DNA of 64,000 nt from Lingula anatina. Its lineage: Eukaryota > Animalia > Brachiopoda. Every line of letters starts with the position of its first letter. Position 1 is the first letter of the stretch. Below are positions 25,204 to 39,100 of this stretch, piece by piece. The notes below the pieces were generated by a model that saw only the letters and a program-made list of their open reading frames with translations, searched no databases and was not told where the DNA came from. The stretch is taken from positions 22,590,534 through 22,654,533 of the forward strand of contig CM120644.1 of the NCBI GenBank assembly GCA_051362555.1, given 5' to 3'. The position numbers were made by a program, and so were the translations under genes.

Positions 25204-28200
25204 CTGGAAAATAATGGCAAAATTTATTTCAGATATTTATTAATTATCTAATGGTAATTATTTCATATACATTTCTAGAGCAATATCTAAAACAAAGGAA
25301 GACTAAGAAAACCTACCACCGACTTAGGATCTGAAGAAAATTTTCTCCTCTTACAAAAAATATTAATAATAATAATAGATAATTAAATAAATAAATAATA
25401 AAATTTAAATAACATAAAAACATCAAATAATAAAAAACATATTAATTAAATGAGGATATAAAAAAAAAATTCAAGTAGCACAGATGGTCAAGCAACACGC
25501 CAACCTTGCACAGCTACAATCAGGTGATCTCCTGCTGGGCTGGAGGCCATCCAATCACTACGACTTCAATGACATCATTACACTAAACTCTACCTTTGTT
25601 CTTATGTACAGAGATAAAGACGGCGACCCACCTATATGAGGGCATATTTCCAAACTTTATAATCCTCACAATACCCTCCTCAGCACTGGACTCGCTGTGT
25701 TTGCTGCTCAGTGTCTTCTTTTTTCCAAACCACTTGGTTGTCACAGAAGCTGGGCTCTTCCGTCTGTAAACACGATATAACACTAAATATACAATAACTG
25801 AACTGTTTAAGTGTTCTATCCTGGCCTTATCAATGACACGAGGTTTTGTAAAACTCATGTTACAAAAGACACCATAAAATACCCTTTATCAACTAGACAA
25901 AAATCATTCTTGAAAAATCATTCAATAAAGAAAAAAAAATAATAAAACCTAACTCTGATTAATTCCCCCCGTCAGTATCCAAGTGAATATTTTGAGTCAA
26001 GAACATCTGGACAAATCTACTACCATCTTACCTGTAACACAACATGGCCAGTACCAGTACTACTACCACACACCCTGTCACAGCGACAAGAATGATCACC
26101 AGTCTCACTGTGTCACCAGAGTCTGCCACTGGAAAATACACTTTCACCACTGAACTTTTCTTTATGAAGACTTCACTAATTTTTATTAAGATTTTAATTT
26201 ATATTAAAATTAAAAAAAAAAAGATTTTTCAACTACCAAATTCCAAAATTACTTAAAATATCTTTGAATCTGCTGACAGCCTTACGTCAGTTATTCTAAT
26301 CACTGACAAGAGTTAACTTTTATCTTAAATTTGACTCATGAGTTATGTCTTCATGAGTTATAACTAATCAAAACCGAAAAGTTTTGCTCAATGTATTGTC
26401 CTTAAAAAGTATTTAAAAATATAATTTGTGCAGTGCAAGAAATATTAAGCACCCCTTCCCACTAAAATGAACAAGGAAACATTTCACATCTCAAATGCCA
26501 GAAAATCTCAATAGATTCAAACAGTAGAAAAAACATAACAAATATCATCTTGAATAAATAAAGTTCTTTGGGAAGATATAATACTAAATCATAATATTTC
26601 AGATTATTTAGAATGATGAAAAAAGTTGAAAAAGAAGTCAGAATCCTCCTCCCTCCCTACCTTGAGGTGCCAGCACAGCACTGCCATTGACAGTGGTAGT
26701 AAACAACTCCGCCGTGTTGATCTCATCAGGGGGGAAGTGAACTATGACCTCATCGCCGTCTCTGATTGGTGGGGTGGTGGATGTGTCTGGGTCGCGGAGA
26801 CGCGAGCTGCAGTTGGTTCCTGACCAGCCAGTGTCGCAGTGACATGTCTGCTTTGTGGTGCAAACCTGAGGGTGGGATGTGGTGGGTGAGATTAGAAATG
26901 TGTTAGGTGAGATTGGAGACATTGTGATTTCAGAAATGTGTTAGGTGAGATTAAGGAAGATGCATTAGGTGAGATTAGAAATGTGCTGGATGAGACAGCT
27001 TACTCCTCAATGGCATAAATTGCTCTCTAACTTTTCTACAGCAAATGAGTGAACTTTCCTAGAAATGTCACCAATTTTTCCTTTATCACTAAGTAAACCC
27101 GCACCATATCAAAACTTACTGTGTTCAGAAAACTAAAATCTATAAATAAAACCGTCCTAAGTTTTAAGTTTGTAATTTAATCATTTTGAAAACACAAGGA
27201 TCAAGATAAACACACTGTCAGGTAAGCAGTAACCCTTCTCACCCCATGTCCCGAGCAGGTCCTGTTGTCCAATCCCTTTGGGCAGGGTTTCTTCCTGATG
27301 ATGGTATTTATGTGTACACACACACGGTTTACACACAGTCTGTTGTGGGCACACTTGGTCCCCTCCTCTACCAGTCCCATGTCTGTCACGTCAGCACTCG
27401 GGGCACCATTGGCTGTCCTGGACAGATAGAACAGTTATATAGTAAATGAATAAACAAAAAGGAAATAATAAATAAGAAAAAAATGCATAACTAACTGTAA
27501 ATAAATCTATTATCAAAAATTCAAAAATTATATTGGACCATAAAAAAATGTATAAAAAAAATGTATAAAATTGAACTTTATACTCCAGTTTTACATTATA
27601 TTTATCTGTAAATCATCTTTAAATATTTGGATTTTACTTTCCCATTTTTCAAAACTTATAGTCATCTCCATGCTCAATTGGCTGAAATAACAGACCTAGC
27701 CAACAGAAACCTGTTCTCAACTGGACTATCATAATTTTTTATATATTGACCAAACATCCTTTGACTGCGGAGATCTTCAAATAATTCTGAATGTTTGGTA
27801 TTTATCAAGAAGACAACATTTATCAAGACAGCTCCTGCAGCCAGCATTTATCAAGACACTGCCTGAAGTTGGCATTTATCAAGACAGCCCCAAAAATTGG
27901 CATTTATCAAGACAGTCCCTTACTTGCACTCATACTCCTGCCCACTGGTGCCGTAAATCGTCCTGGAGATTTCTATGAGGTTGGTGTCCCCTTTCAGTGG
28001 CCAGTTCTGACCTCCTTGGCAGTGGAGTAGCCCACACTGGACATTCCTGGAAACAGAAACACATTGTCTCTGAAATACTGGATAAAATTCTGGGAAACTG
28101 CATCACAAATATCATGGTAATCTATCTGGGAATAATAATGAGCTAAATTCAGTAACAAGAATGGATTGTGAGAAATATAAAATACAATAATCTGAATAAA

Positions 28201-28288
28201 AAGTTGTTGACAAATTCCAATAATAATTGCAGTACATAATATAAATTTACAATGATAATTGCAGTATATAATATAAAAAAATTTCAGT

Positions 28289-28326
<38 letters not shown>

Positions 28327-31130
28327 TGAGACTGATGAGAGAGAGAGAAGTGTACTTACTGTTGATCACACTCCCAGAATTTCCCAGTGCTGGCGTCTCT
28401 GCCGCAGTGTCCGTTCATCCCCCCAGTGGGGTTGTACACCTCGTAACACTTGTAAGCAGACGAGGATGAACCTAAATAATTCAAGTAATATTTCAGATAA
28501 TGAACTGCAATAAATCATGATTACTTGTGTTACAATGTTACTTGTGTACACAATTTGAATCTGATATTGTTTATTATTATAACCAATGGATATTTTTGCA
28601 TCTCAGTTCCGCGAAGAAATGCAATCACCGCAGTTATGACATATACACTACACAAGTTACACATTATAACAAGATTGTCAAACATAACATATTATTATAA
28701 TAAAACAGGCAAGTGCAACAAATAATGGAACAGTTACTTATCATAAGGTAGAATTTCCAACATAAAAATGACAAATCAACCACTGCAGCAGTTTCATATC
28801 CTATCTCTATATACTACCACATTTCATCTCAACTACCGGCCTCCTTACCTTCCCCCCACAGGTTCTGGCACTGCTGGTCCTTGGATGGACATCGTCCGTG
28901 GAAGCAGTAGCCATTCCCTGCACTACATGGCTGACCATCTTGGACATAGGCATTGGATGGACACTAGAAGATTATAACAATATAACGCATTTAGGAAATG
29001 TTTAAATCTGAACAAGTCAAGAACCACTCCTCTTTGTTGATAAACTATTGATTGATAGTTGTTCAAGATGCCATTGTGATGTGACAATTCAATATGAGAT
29101 GATTCAACTGGTAACCACTATAATCTCGCCTCTCCATGGACACCTTCAGAGAACTAGTGAACATCACACAAAATGAATAATATAAAATAATTTAAAATCT
29201 ACATTATTAATGCTATCACTACGGTAACCATGGATACCTCTCCATGGATACCATCACAAAACTCAGGAACATCACACTCAAAATAGTATAAAATATCTCT
29301 AAATCTTTTAATGCTATCTCTGTGGTAACCACTGTTCTCTCACCTCTCCATGGATACCATCACAGAACTCAGGAACATCACACTCATTGGAAGCTTCTCT
29401 GCACTTAAACACTGATGTGCGCACCTAAAACAACCAATAAATCAATTAAATAAATAAAATATACAATATAAGACTTCTGTGCTGCACCTATTATCTGTCA
29501 CAGAAATTCTAAATTCAATCAAAATGCAAATGTTCAACTTTTCACTGCTGAATGAATATTTTTTGTGGCTTTATTAAATTAACTACCCAAATTAAGCTAA
29601 CTAAATAGTACTTAAGATTCTTGTGCGGAACTGTTTATTTATATACTTACAGTACAATTATGACAGCAGGGTCCAGATTTACACCTGGCCCAAGGTTTCA
29701 GGAGACATGTGGTAGCGTCACAGCAAGGGTCGGTATTAGCACACAGCTGGAAAGATGGGAAGACACTACATTAACAGTACTGCACATCTACTAATAGTGT
29801 AGTGGATTGGAAAAATTAAGTGCAAAGGTCGCAAATACACCATTTTTTAAATCTCTCTCTTTCTCTCTCTCTCACACACACACACCTTTTATATTAGACT
29901 ATTTGTCCTTTTGCCAACAAAAGGCAAAAGTCTTCATTTATGCCCTTGAATATTCATTTATGCCCCTAAAACACATTTAAGCCCTGGTAACCCCGCTCCC
30001 TCTGTCATTCACCTCTGGAGGGCCACAGTCGCACTCCTCTCCTCTCTCCACAAAGACATAAATCTTCATTAGGGATTATAAGGCTTAAATGGGTTTTTAG
30101 GGGCATATATGTGAATTTAATCTTCATTTATGCCCTGGTCACCCCCCCCCCCTTTTTTGACTCACCTCTGGAGGGCCGCAGTCACACTCTTCTCCTCTCT
30201 CCACAAAGCTGTTCCCACAGTACTGAGGAAAAGCAGGCTCCTTGGGGCTCTCAAACAGACACCAGCCAAGGCCCGTCTGCAGTGCAGTGTCCAGGTCCTC
30301 CTCGCTGCACTGGGAGAAGTCACTGGGATGGTGGCCATGGGAGTTACTACGAAATAGAATTTAATAGGTACAAATAAAGAATAGTCTGTCAAGTAACATG
30401 CTCTCTGGCAGCATTCACTTCAAAAGGATATATTGTGTGGCTGCAAAGCTAATCCAATAAGATGTACTCTCAAATAATGTCTTATTTGTTTAAAATCTTT
30501 CCTTCTTTTGTAAAAATTCATGGTTATTTTTATATACTGCATACCTTAACTGCAAATATTAGATATTAATTGTATCATTACCAGGGGCGGATTTAGGGCG
30601 TCTTCTCGGTCTTCTGGAAGACGGTCAGTTTTTCAAGTTTACATTGTCAGCCATCTAATGTTTTCTTTTGGAAGACGGTCAAAAATGGAAGATGGATCAA
30701 CAAAGAAAATTTGGAAGACTGTCAGAAAATATCTCTGGATCCGCCCCTGATTACATTATAATATTTTAAGTGCTTGAGGTGTGAAGCTGGAGAGACCATT
30801 AAGATAAACAGAACTACCTCTAGATTGACTTCCAGGTGGACCGCCAATACTTACACAATATTCTGTCCCATGATGCACCCTGATGTTAAACCACATGAAC
30901 ACTGGCCTGGGGAGAGATAAAACATACACTATCAATTATTATAATAGAAAATAAATAGCAGACCTAGCATTTTTGGTGTCATGTTAGAAAAGACTCCGAA
31001 TCTTTGAAATGGATAATTATTGTGCTGTCTTGTATCCTTGTATTATTCAAGTTAGGTAACCATTATGTATATATTCTACTTAACTGGGTCATGATCAGTG
31101 TGAAAATGTACTTACTCTAGTGGCACAATA

Positions 31131-31162
<32 letters not shown>

Positions 31163-31874
31163 AATGTGTACATTGCCATGTTACAATAATAATAATAATT
31201 TTAATAATAATCTCACGTGAGTTATCATCATGGCTGAGACCTAGGTTGTGTCCTATCATGTGAGCCACTGTGCTCGCCACCTGGTGTTGCTGCTCAAAGT
31301 CAGGGTTCTGGAAACATGGAGAATGAGAAACATTAATGAATAGTTGTTTTATGTCACCTCCTCCCCCATGAAGCAAAGTTTTTTAGTTTGAGTCTTATTA
31401 ATTCAGAACCTATTTTTTTTTCAATTTTTTCATATTCTTTAAAAAGGATGCAGTCAAATTTTTAAATAAGGCCTTTTTTCAATTTGACTCACAGACTAGA
31501 CACAAGAGTCATCCTCTCAGAAGTTTAGTGAAATTACAATATATTGAAGATATAAAGTCAAACAATGTGTAGTCTACTCACATGATTGACTCCGACTGCC
31601 CTGGCTGTACATACAGAGTCTGGTACCGCCATACCTGCCATACCATGCTCAAACTTCTCCATACTGAAACAACAGATACACACAGTGAAAAAAATTTCAT
31701 TTTCTCTCATCTAATTAGGTACACAGAAAATTGCTGCTTATTAAAAGAATGATTAAAACTTAATGCCTCATCGGTCTCTTTGGAACAAGCAATTTTTTTT
31801 TTACTATAGAGCAATTATACTTATCATTACAAATCATCTTACTTATAAAAGCAACAATAAAGAAATCTTGTAAA

Positions 31875-31907
<33 letters not shown>

Positions 31908-34900
31908 AAATTCTTACTGTTAAAGCTCTCAAAGGGCTCTCCAACAATTATATATTAATTTTTTAAATATAATACTGAGAAAATAATGCACTTTGGCAGC
32001 TACATGAAGTAAATGAGATATTTGCAGTAGGGCTATTAACATAATATAATCTGAACGCAGACACCTCAAAGTCTGTTAATAACAGCAAAATTGATAGAAA
32101 CCTACACAAATGCTTATACAAAATTATCCCTAATGGAAATACTAATTGTCATAAATGGAAATACAAATTGTATTGTTTTGCCTTTTCCAAGGTCTGACAT
32201 GCACTTTATCTTACGTGATCAGTTGAGCAACGTCTATTTGCGCAGACTTCATATGTTGTTCCCGGTACACCATGAACTCCTGCAGCGTCTGGCGGACATT
32301 ACTTGACACAGTTATCTGGTTGCCTTGGTTCCAGACCTCTATGTAGGTCAAGGCCACACGGATGTTCATTGGCTTGTAGTACTGAAGAGATGGAGAAAAA
32401 CGAGGTCACTACAGGACAGGTACCACCAACTAGATTAAGGGCCCAATACCACCAGCTAGGTTATAATCACATCAAAGGGATCATAATATTAAATGAATGA
32501 TGGACGATTCCTTTTATTGTTAGTATTTTCATTTTCATTAATGTGTTTTTAAAGGTATATTTTTAACCTAATCCCATTTTTAATACTATATCTTTATATT
32601 TTATACATAATTATATGATCACTGTATCTTTTATGTATTGCAAAGACAGCACAATAAACCCTTATAATGGCACTAGCAATTTTTTTTTCTTTAAGCCAAT
32701 TTACTACATTTTCATCACTTTTTTCTCCAAGTAGTTTAAATTTGACTAAAACAAGTCAAATCAACCCTATTTTGTTTAGCCAATTTAAGTCAGTTTTAGC
32801 CTTTGGCTAAATTGGCAAGTGTTAAACCCTTATTATAATAATACACAGAGACAGCTGAAAGTTTGAAATGATTTCCCCTACCAGGTCCATGATGTTGCCT
32901 ATCTCCAGCGCATACTGCAAGGACTGCTCCTGAGACAAATTGGTTTGACGGGACTGAAAAAATAAGGAAAACATGTATAAATATATATTGTGAACAAAAT
33001 ATCCTCCATAAAACTGGTGAAAAAGTGTACAATTTTTTTTTAGTTTTGTCACTTGTCAATACTGACTTAAACTAGAGGATCAGAGAGGCGATACCGCCTC
33101 TGGATATTGTACCACCAGCTGGAGTAAGCGCATTCTCATGGAAACCCCACCCCCAAAAAATGAACACCACCACCAGTCTTGTGCTTGACAAGCTCTATGA
33201 AATGCAATAAACAAGAGTTCTCAAAATATGAAAAAATATATATATATCGAACAAACATAACTGTTCAAAACAAGCAGCTGTTCAAATTGAGCTGTATTTT
33301 CCTAACACTGATCACTCCTGTGATTTTCTAGACAATAGGCCTATTGGTTTTCCTTGAAATGCGTTATCAGTATTGCATATTTGCTGACAAAAGAGAAAAC
33401 CTAGGGACAACAGTGGGCAGATCTCTGCTAGCTTTGAAGATATGAGGGGCAAGAAAATATGCAGAGTTCAGTTTGTGGTGAAAAAGTAGGTCAAAGGTCA
33501 ATTTCAAGGTCACAGTATATGGCTTCCTATAAAAGTTCAATAGTAGCTATGGGCATTTCTTTGCCAATTTTGGAGATATGAAGGCCAGGAAACATGCAAA
33601 GTGCAGTTCATCATAAATAGTAGATCAAAGGTCAATTTCAAGGCCATAGTAAGATTGCCAGTATATGACTTCCTATTCAAGTTCAATAGTAACTTTGGAC
33701 TTATCTCTGCCAGTTTTCGAGATATAAGGGATAGAAAATTTGCAAAGTTCAGTTCATGGTGAAAAGTAGGTCAAAGGTCAATTCCAAGGTCACAATAAGA
33801 CTGCCAGTATATGACTTCCTATTAAAGTTCAACAGTAACTATGGGTGTATCTCTGCCAGTTTTGGAGATATAAGGGTTGAAAATTTTGCAAAGTTCAGTT
33901 CATGGTGAAAAGTAGGTCAAAGGTCAATTTCAGGATCATATTTAGATTGCCAGTTTATGACTTCCTATTCAAGTTCAATAGTAACTATAGGCGTATCTTT
34001 GCCAGTTTTGGAGATATAAAGATCAGAAAACTTGCAAAGTGCAGTACTGAAAAGTAGGTCAAAGGTCAATTTCAAGGTCACAGTTAGATTACCAGCATAT
34101 GACTTCCTATTCAAGTTCAATAGTAACTATGGGCATATCTTTGCCAGTTTTGGATATATAAAGATCAGAAAACTTGCAAAGTGCAGTTCATTATGAAAAG
34201 TAGGTCAAAGGTCAATTTCAAGGTCACAGTTAGATTATCAGTATATGACTTCCTATTCAAGTTCAATAGTAACTATGGGCGTATCTCTGCTAATTTTGGA
34301 GTATTTCACATTTTCCCCACTGAATATTGCGATGTTGTAATTTTTGATATAGGGCAACGCCTAAACCATATCAAAAACAAAAAAATGGACACCACCGCCA
34401 GTATTGCACTTGACAAGGTCTACAAAAAGGTCTGCAATAAAAAAGAGGTCTCTGGCATTTACCGTTCCAGATTTAGAGCGAGTTTTCAGTTTCGGTATCT
34501 AATGGCTGCTTCTCCCGTGAAAATGCACCGATTGACCCCAAACTCCCAAAGATGAAAGGAGTCCCCAATGGTAACCCCTCATTATAACAGGAGAGCTTAG
34601 GGCTATGAAGTTTCCTAAAATTAGCACAAACAAATATTTTTTTACAGAAAATTCCCATTTTTAGAAAATTTTGGCTTGTTTGACCTTGAAAAAAAGGTCA
34701 AAAGTCAAATCCAAGGGCATATTTGGAATCTCCACATATGACTTTCGGTCAGACTTCTGTAGTAATTTTTCCCATAATTCCTTTGGTTTGGGAGATATTA
34801 AGCATTGAATTTTCAAAAATTTTGACAAGGGTGCGTTTCAACAAGCGTCATGCCCAGGCCAGTGCACCGATGGAGACAAAAAAACCAGGGTGTTCAAGAT

Positions 34901-36064
34901 GAGATTATATGTGACCTAAATCCAAGAGATGGGGACACAGGTCCTTGCGGTCTAGGAGGAGAAGCGGTAACGGTGACTTGTTTCCGACGCCCGACTGCGG
35001 AGCCGCAGGAGCCGGCGGAGCTGTACGAGACGGGTCGGGACTAAAACCATGAGTACCGCCAGCGTACACGCTGGTGGTACTAATAATATGTGATGGAATA
35101 TGTGTAATGAGTTATAAAATCAATATGTAAAAGGTACCACTTCTCCTGAAAATGTTCACCAATTCCAATCATATGCTTTATTTTACTCTCACAGCACAGT
35201 AAAATTGGCCCAGAGTACTATAATTTGTATATTTAATATTATATAAATAAATATTATTCTATCCAAGTGGATTAATCTTACCATGCTATGGTCCAGTACC
35301 ATGCCCAACTCGATGTACTTAGTCTCTGATCTGATGTTCCTCTGCACGCGCTTGGCTTTCACGGTCTTCATGCGGTGTAAGAATTCTCTCCTGTGTAGCT
35401 GAGTGTATGACTGCCACTGAGCGATGTCATTCCCTGGAAATAACACCATCCAAGAATTTATTCACACCGTGTGTTTGTTTACAATGTATTCCTTGTGGAA
35501 TTTTGAATCTCACAGGAAGAGTTATTATTGCTTTAATCCACTATGAAACCTTTCTGTTGATTTAAAAACCTACCACAAGATGTCTCCACTGGTCCCAGTG
35601 TTTGAAATACCACATGTGCCCGCGGCTGGAGAGAAAAATGGCAGAATGAAATAAAAGTAATGTGATAAAGTTTTTCTCATCAAACATTTTTTTTTTGTGG
35701 AGAATGTTTCAAACTCAAACTCATAATTACAATTATAATTAAAATCCACTCTTAAAGTCTACTCTTAAAATAGTGTTCTTACAATGTCAGTAAAATTTTT
35801 ATATAAATCACAGTAAGAAACAAGCTGAAACACCACTGAGGATAAATCTATGACTGGAATATTTTCCCTCACCTCCTCCTTGCTGGCATCATCTAATGGA
35901 GCAATAACATAGGTCGCGTTTTCAAGATGAATCACTCCTCTGCAGAAATAACATTAAGAATTAATTTAATCTCAGAATTTAGACGTTCTTTCTTGTTCTA
36001 TTCATTAACATCTGACAATGGTTAACTTATTATAACAATCACATCATTAGGTGGTTTTTGTGTG

Positions 36065-36108
<44 letters not shown>

Positions 36109-39100
36109 GGAAGATGGCAGAATTAAACTAGAGGATCAGAGAGGCGATACCGCCTCCTGATATTGTACCACCAGCTGGGGTAAGCGCATTTGTATGGGAA
36201 AGAAAAAGAAAGTGGGGCCCCACCTGTATGGTTGTGGGTGACAAGCTGCAGGAAATGTAGTAAACAAGGTGTTTTTTTTTTTTTCTCAGTTTTGGCATCT
36301 AATGGCTGCTTTTCCCATGAAAATGGACCGATTGACCCCGAACTTCCACACATTAAAGCAGTCTGCAATTGTAACCCCTCAGTATAATATGAGAGCTAAG
36401 GTCTGCTTAGTTTCTGAACATTGGCACAAACAAATATCTTTTTGCAGAAATTCCCTTTTTTGCGATCTAGGAGGATAATTGGTAATGGTGCCTTTTATCC
36501 CACGCCACCCTGCGAGGCCGTACGATATGGGTTGGTACTAAAACCACGAATACCCCCAGCTTACACACTGGTGGTACTAACTATGGGCATATCTTTGCCA
36601 GTTTTGAAAGTATAAGCACTGAAAAAAGTTGCAAAGTTCAGTCCATGGTGAAAAGTAGGTCAAAGGTCAATTTCAAGGTCACAGTTAAATTGCCAGTATA
36701 TGACTTCCTATTCAACTTCAATAGTAACTATTGACCCAACTCTTCTAGTTTTGGAGATATAAGAGACTAAAAATTTTCAAACTTCAGTTAATGGTGAAAA
36801 GTAGGAATGTACTTTTTGATACAGCATAACTCGTGAACCGTATGGAAAACAAAAAAACGGAGACCACCTCCAGTGTTGGGCTTGACATGCTCTATCAAAT
36901 GCAAAAAACAAGAGGTCTCTAGCATTAACGACTCCAGAATTAGAGAGAGTTTTATGTTTCAGCATCTAATGGCCGCTGCTCCCGTGAAAATGCATCTCAA
37001 AACTCACAGAGATGAAAGATAACCTGAAGGGTAACAACTACCAAAAATATTAGAGGTTAGGTCTCCGTAGTTTCTGAATATCAGCACAAATAATTTTTTT
37101 TTCGTAAAAAATTCCCTTTTTTTGAAAATTTTGGTCTGTTTGACCTTGAAATAAAGGTCAAAGGTCAAATCCAAGGGCGTATTTGGAATCCTCATATGTG
37201 ACTTTCGGTCAGACTTCTATATTAATTTTTCCCATAATTCCTTCAGTTTGGGAGATATAAAGCATTGAATTTTCAAAAATTTTGACAAGGGTGCATTTCA
37301 ACGAGCGTCATGCCCAGGCAATTGCACCGATCGAGACAAAAAAACCAGGGGGTTCAAGTTGAGATTATATGTGACCTAAATCCAAGAGATGGGGACACAG
37401 GCCCATGCAGTCTAGGAGGAGAAGCGGTAACGGTGACTTGTATCCCACGCCACCCTGCGGAGCCGGCGGAGCTCACGGAGCCGGCGGAGCTTACGGAGCC
37501 GGCGGAGCCGTACGATACGGGTCGGGACTAAAACCATGAGTACCGCCAGCGTACACGCTGGTGGTACTAATTAATGTGATACTGTGTGTGTGCGTGCGTG
37601 CATGCGTGCATGCGTGTGTGTAAGAGATATATGGAGGAAGAGAGAGAACCGGTAAGAGGGAAAGATAGAGATATAGAAAGATTGGAAAGGAAGGATGAAG
37701 AGAGAGAAAGAGGGGGCTGAAAGCAGAGGGGGGCTGGGAAATGGAAGGGGGGGGGGGAGAGAGGAGATACTTCACCTGATCCCATTACAAGTACTGACAG
37801 CCACTGAACTGCTCCAAGTCTTCTTCACATGACCATGGTAGTAACAGTGCTCCACATCCTACAACAGATAGAATACAAACATTAAACACACATCAAAATA
37901 AATAAAATAAATCTGATTCATAAAAACATTACATTCACTTGCAAAACCTCATAACACCTAACACCAAATGTTGTAACTGATACCACATTCAACTGAAATC
38001 AATCTACCAAAAAGTACTGGTAAGATTTAATTTATAAAATGTCAAATCCATATAAAATTTAATATTTTCAAAATCAAAGCAATAATCTTAACTAAATGAA
38101 GCATTTCATTAATGGATTAAATTTATAATAAGTCAACTCCGTGTACTGAAAATATTTTACATTTTATAACAAGCACTGCAATTTATTTCCAAAAAAGTTT
38201 TAAATACCTAAACATAAGATGAAACGAGAACACACCTTTTGTCCATACAAAATGATTTAAAAAAATACTGATTACCTTCTAGACAAACAGTTCACATTTA
38301 AAGCTTTTTAATCAACTCACAGCAAATCAACAGCAAATAAGCAAACAAACCCTATCCCCAATCAAATAATAAATAACTAAGTTTTATAGTAAATACAAAA
38401 CTAAAATGATAGTGTACTGAATGGAAATGATTTCTGAATATTGATGAATGAAGTAGATTCAGACTAGTACAGCAGGAAATAAGTAAGAAAGTAAAGAAAT
38501 GCAGTGCAATCACTTCAACATAACAATATTACCAAGCTAAACTGTGGTACTAAAACAAGCACAGATATAGAAATTACAAATTTATCATCCAAGGTTAACT
38601 GCATATAAACACAATGGCTGTATATCAATTTATATTTATACCCAATTACTTCTTTTTTTCTATTATTCCATGGTAACAATAAAACCCTTTTTAACAAAAA
38701 TCATGAATATTTGTTAACTTCCTTTCCAATCTTAAGTTTCTTATTATAATAAATAAATGGGATGCATGCATTGATATTCCTAAAACTATAATCATGTTTT
38801 TTTTTTTTTTTTAAAGATTCATACTGAAATATTTAAGAAACTTTGCAAACACTTATAAGCTAAACAATGCAGTTACTATAAAAGTACACACATATTGTTT
38901 TAAATACAACAACAACAAATGGTGCAGTGACAACAATATACAGCAATTCACAACAGCAACACAATTGGTTTACCTCAGCAGCAACAGTCTTCAGAGAGAA
39001 AAAATTTAAAAAAGAAATATTCAAATTTCAAAAATCTCTCTACATACACTTTTAGAGATGTTTAATTTAAATTAAAAAAATGTATATAATACAGGATGAA

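Noticed and set aside
23798-25251. Plus-strand ORFs of 143, 126 and 104 aa
   Set aside because: Antisense shadows of the ADAM terminal exon.
33405-34300. Regularly spaced repeats resembling a CRISPR array
   Set aside because: Whole monomers repeat with no unique spacers, there are no cas genes, and the context is eukaryotic.
34181-35044. ORFs inside the HINE-like element (also 37310-37531)
   Set aside because: Short, no Rep/helicase or transposase motifs; shared only because the element is duplicated.
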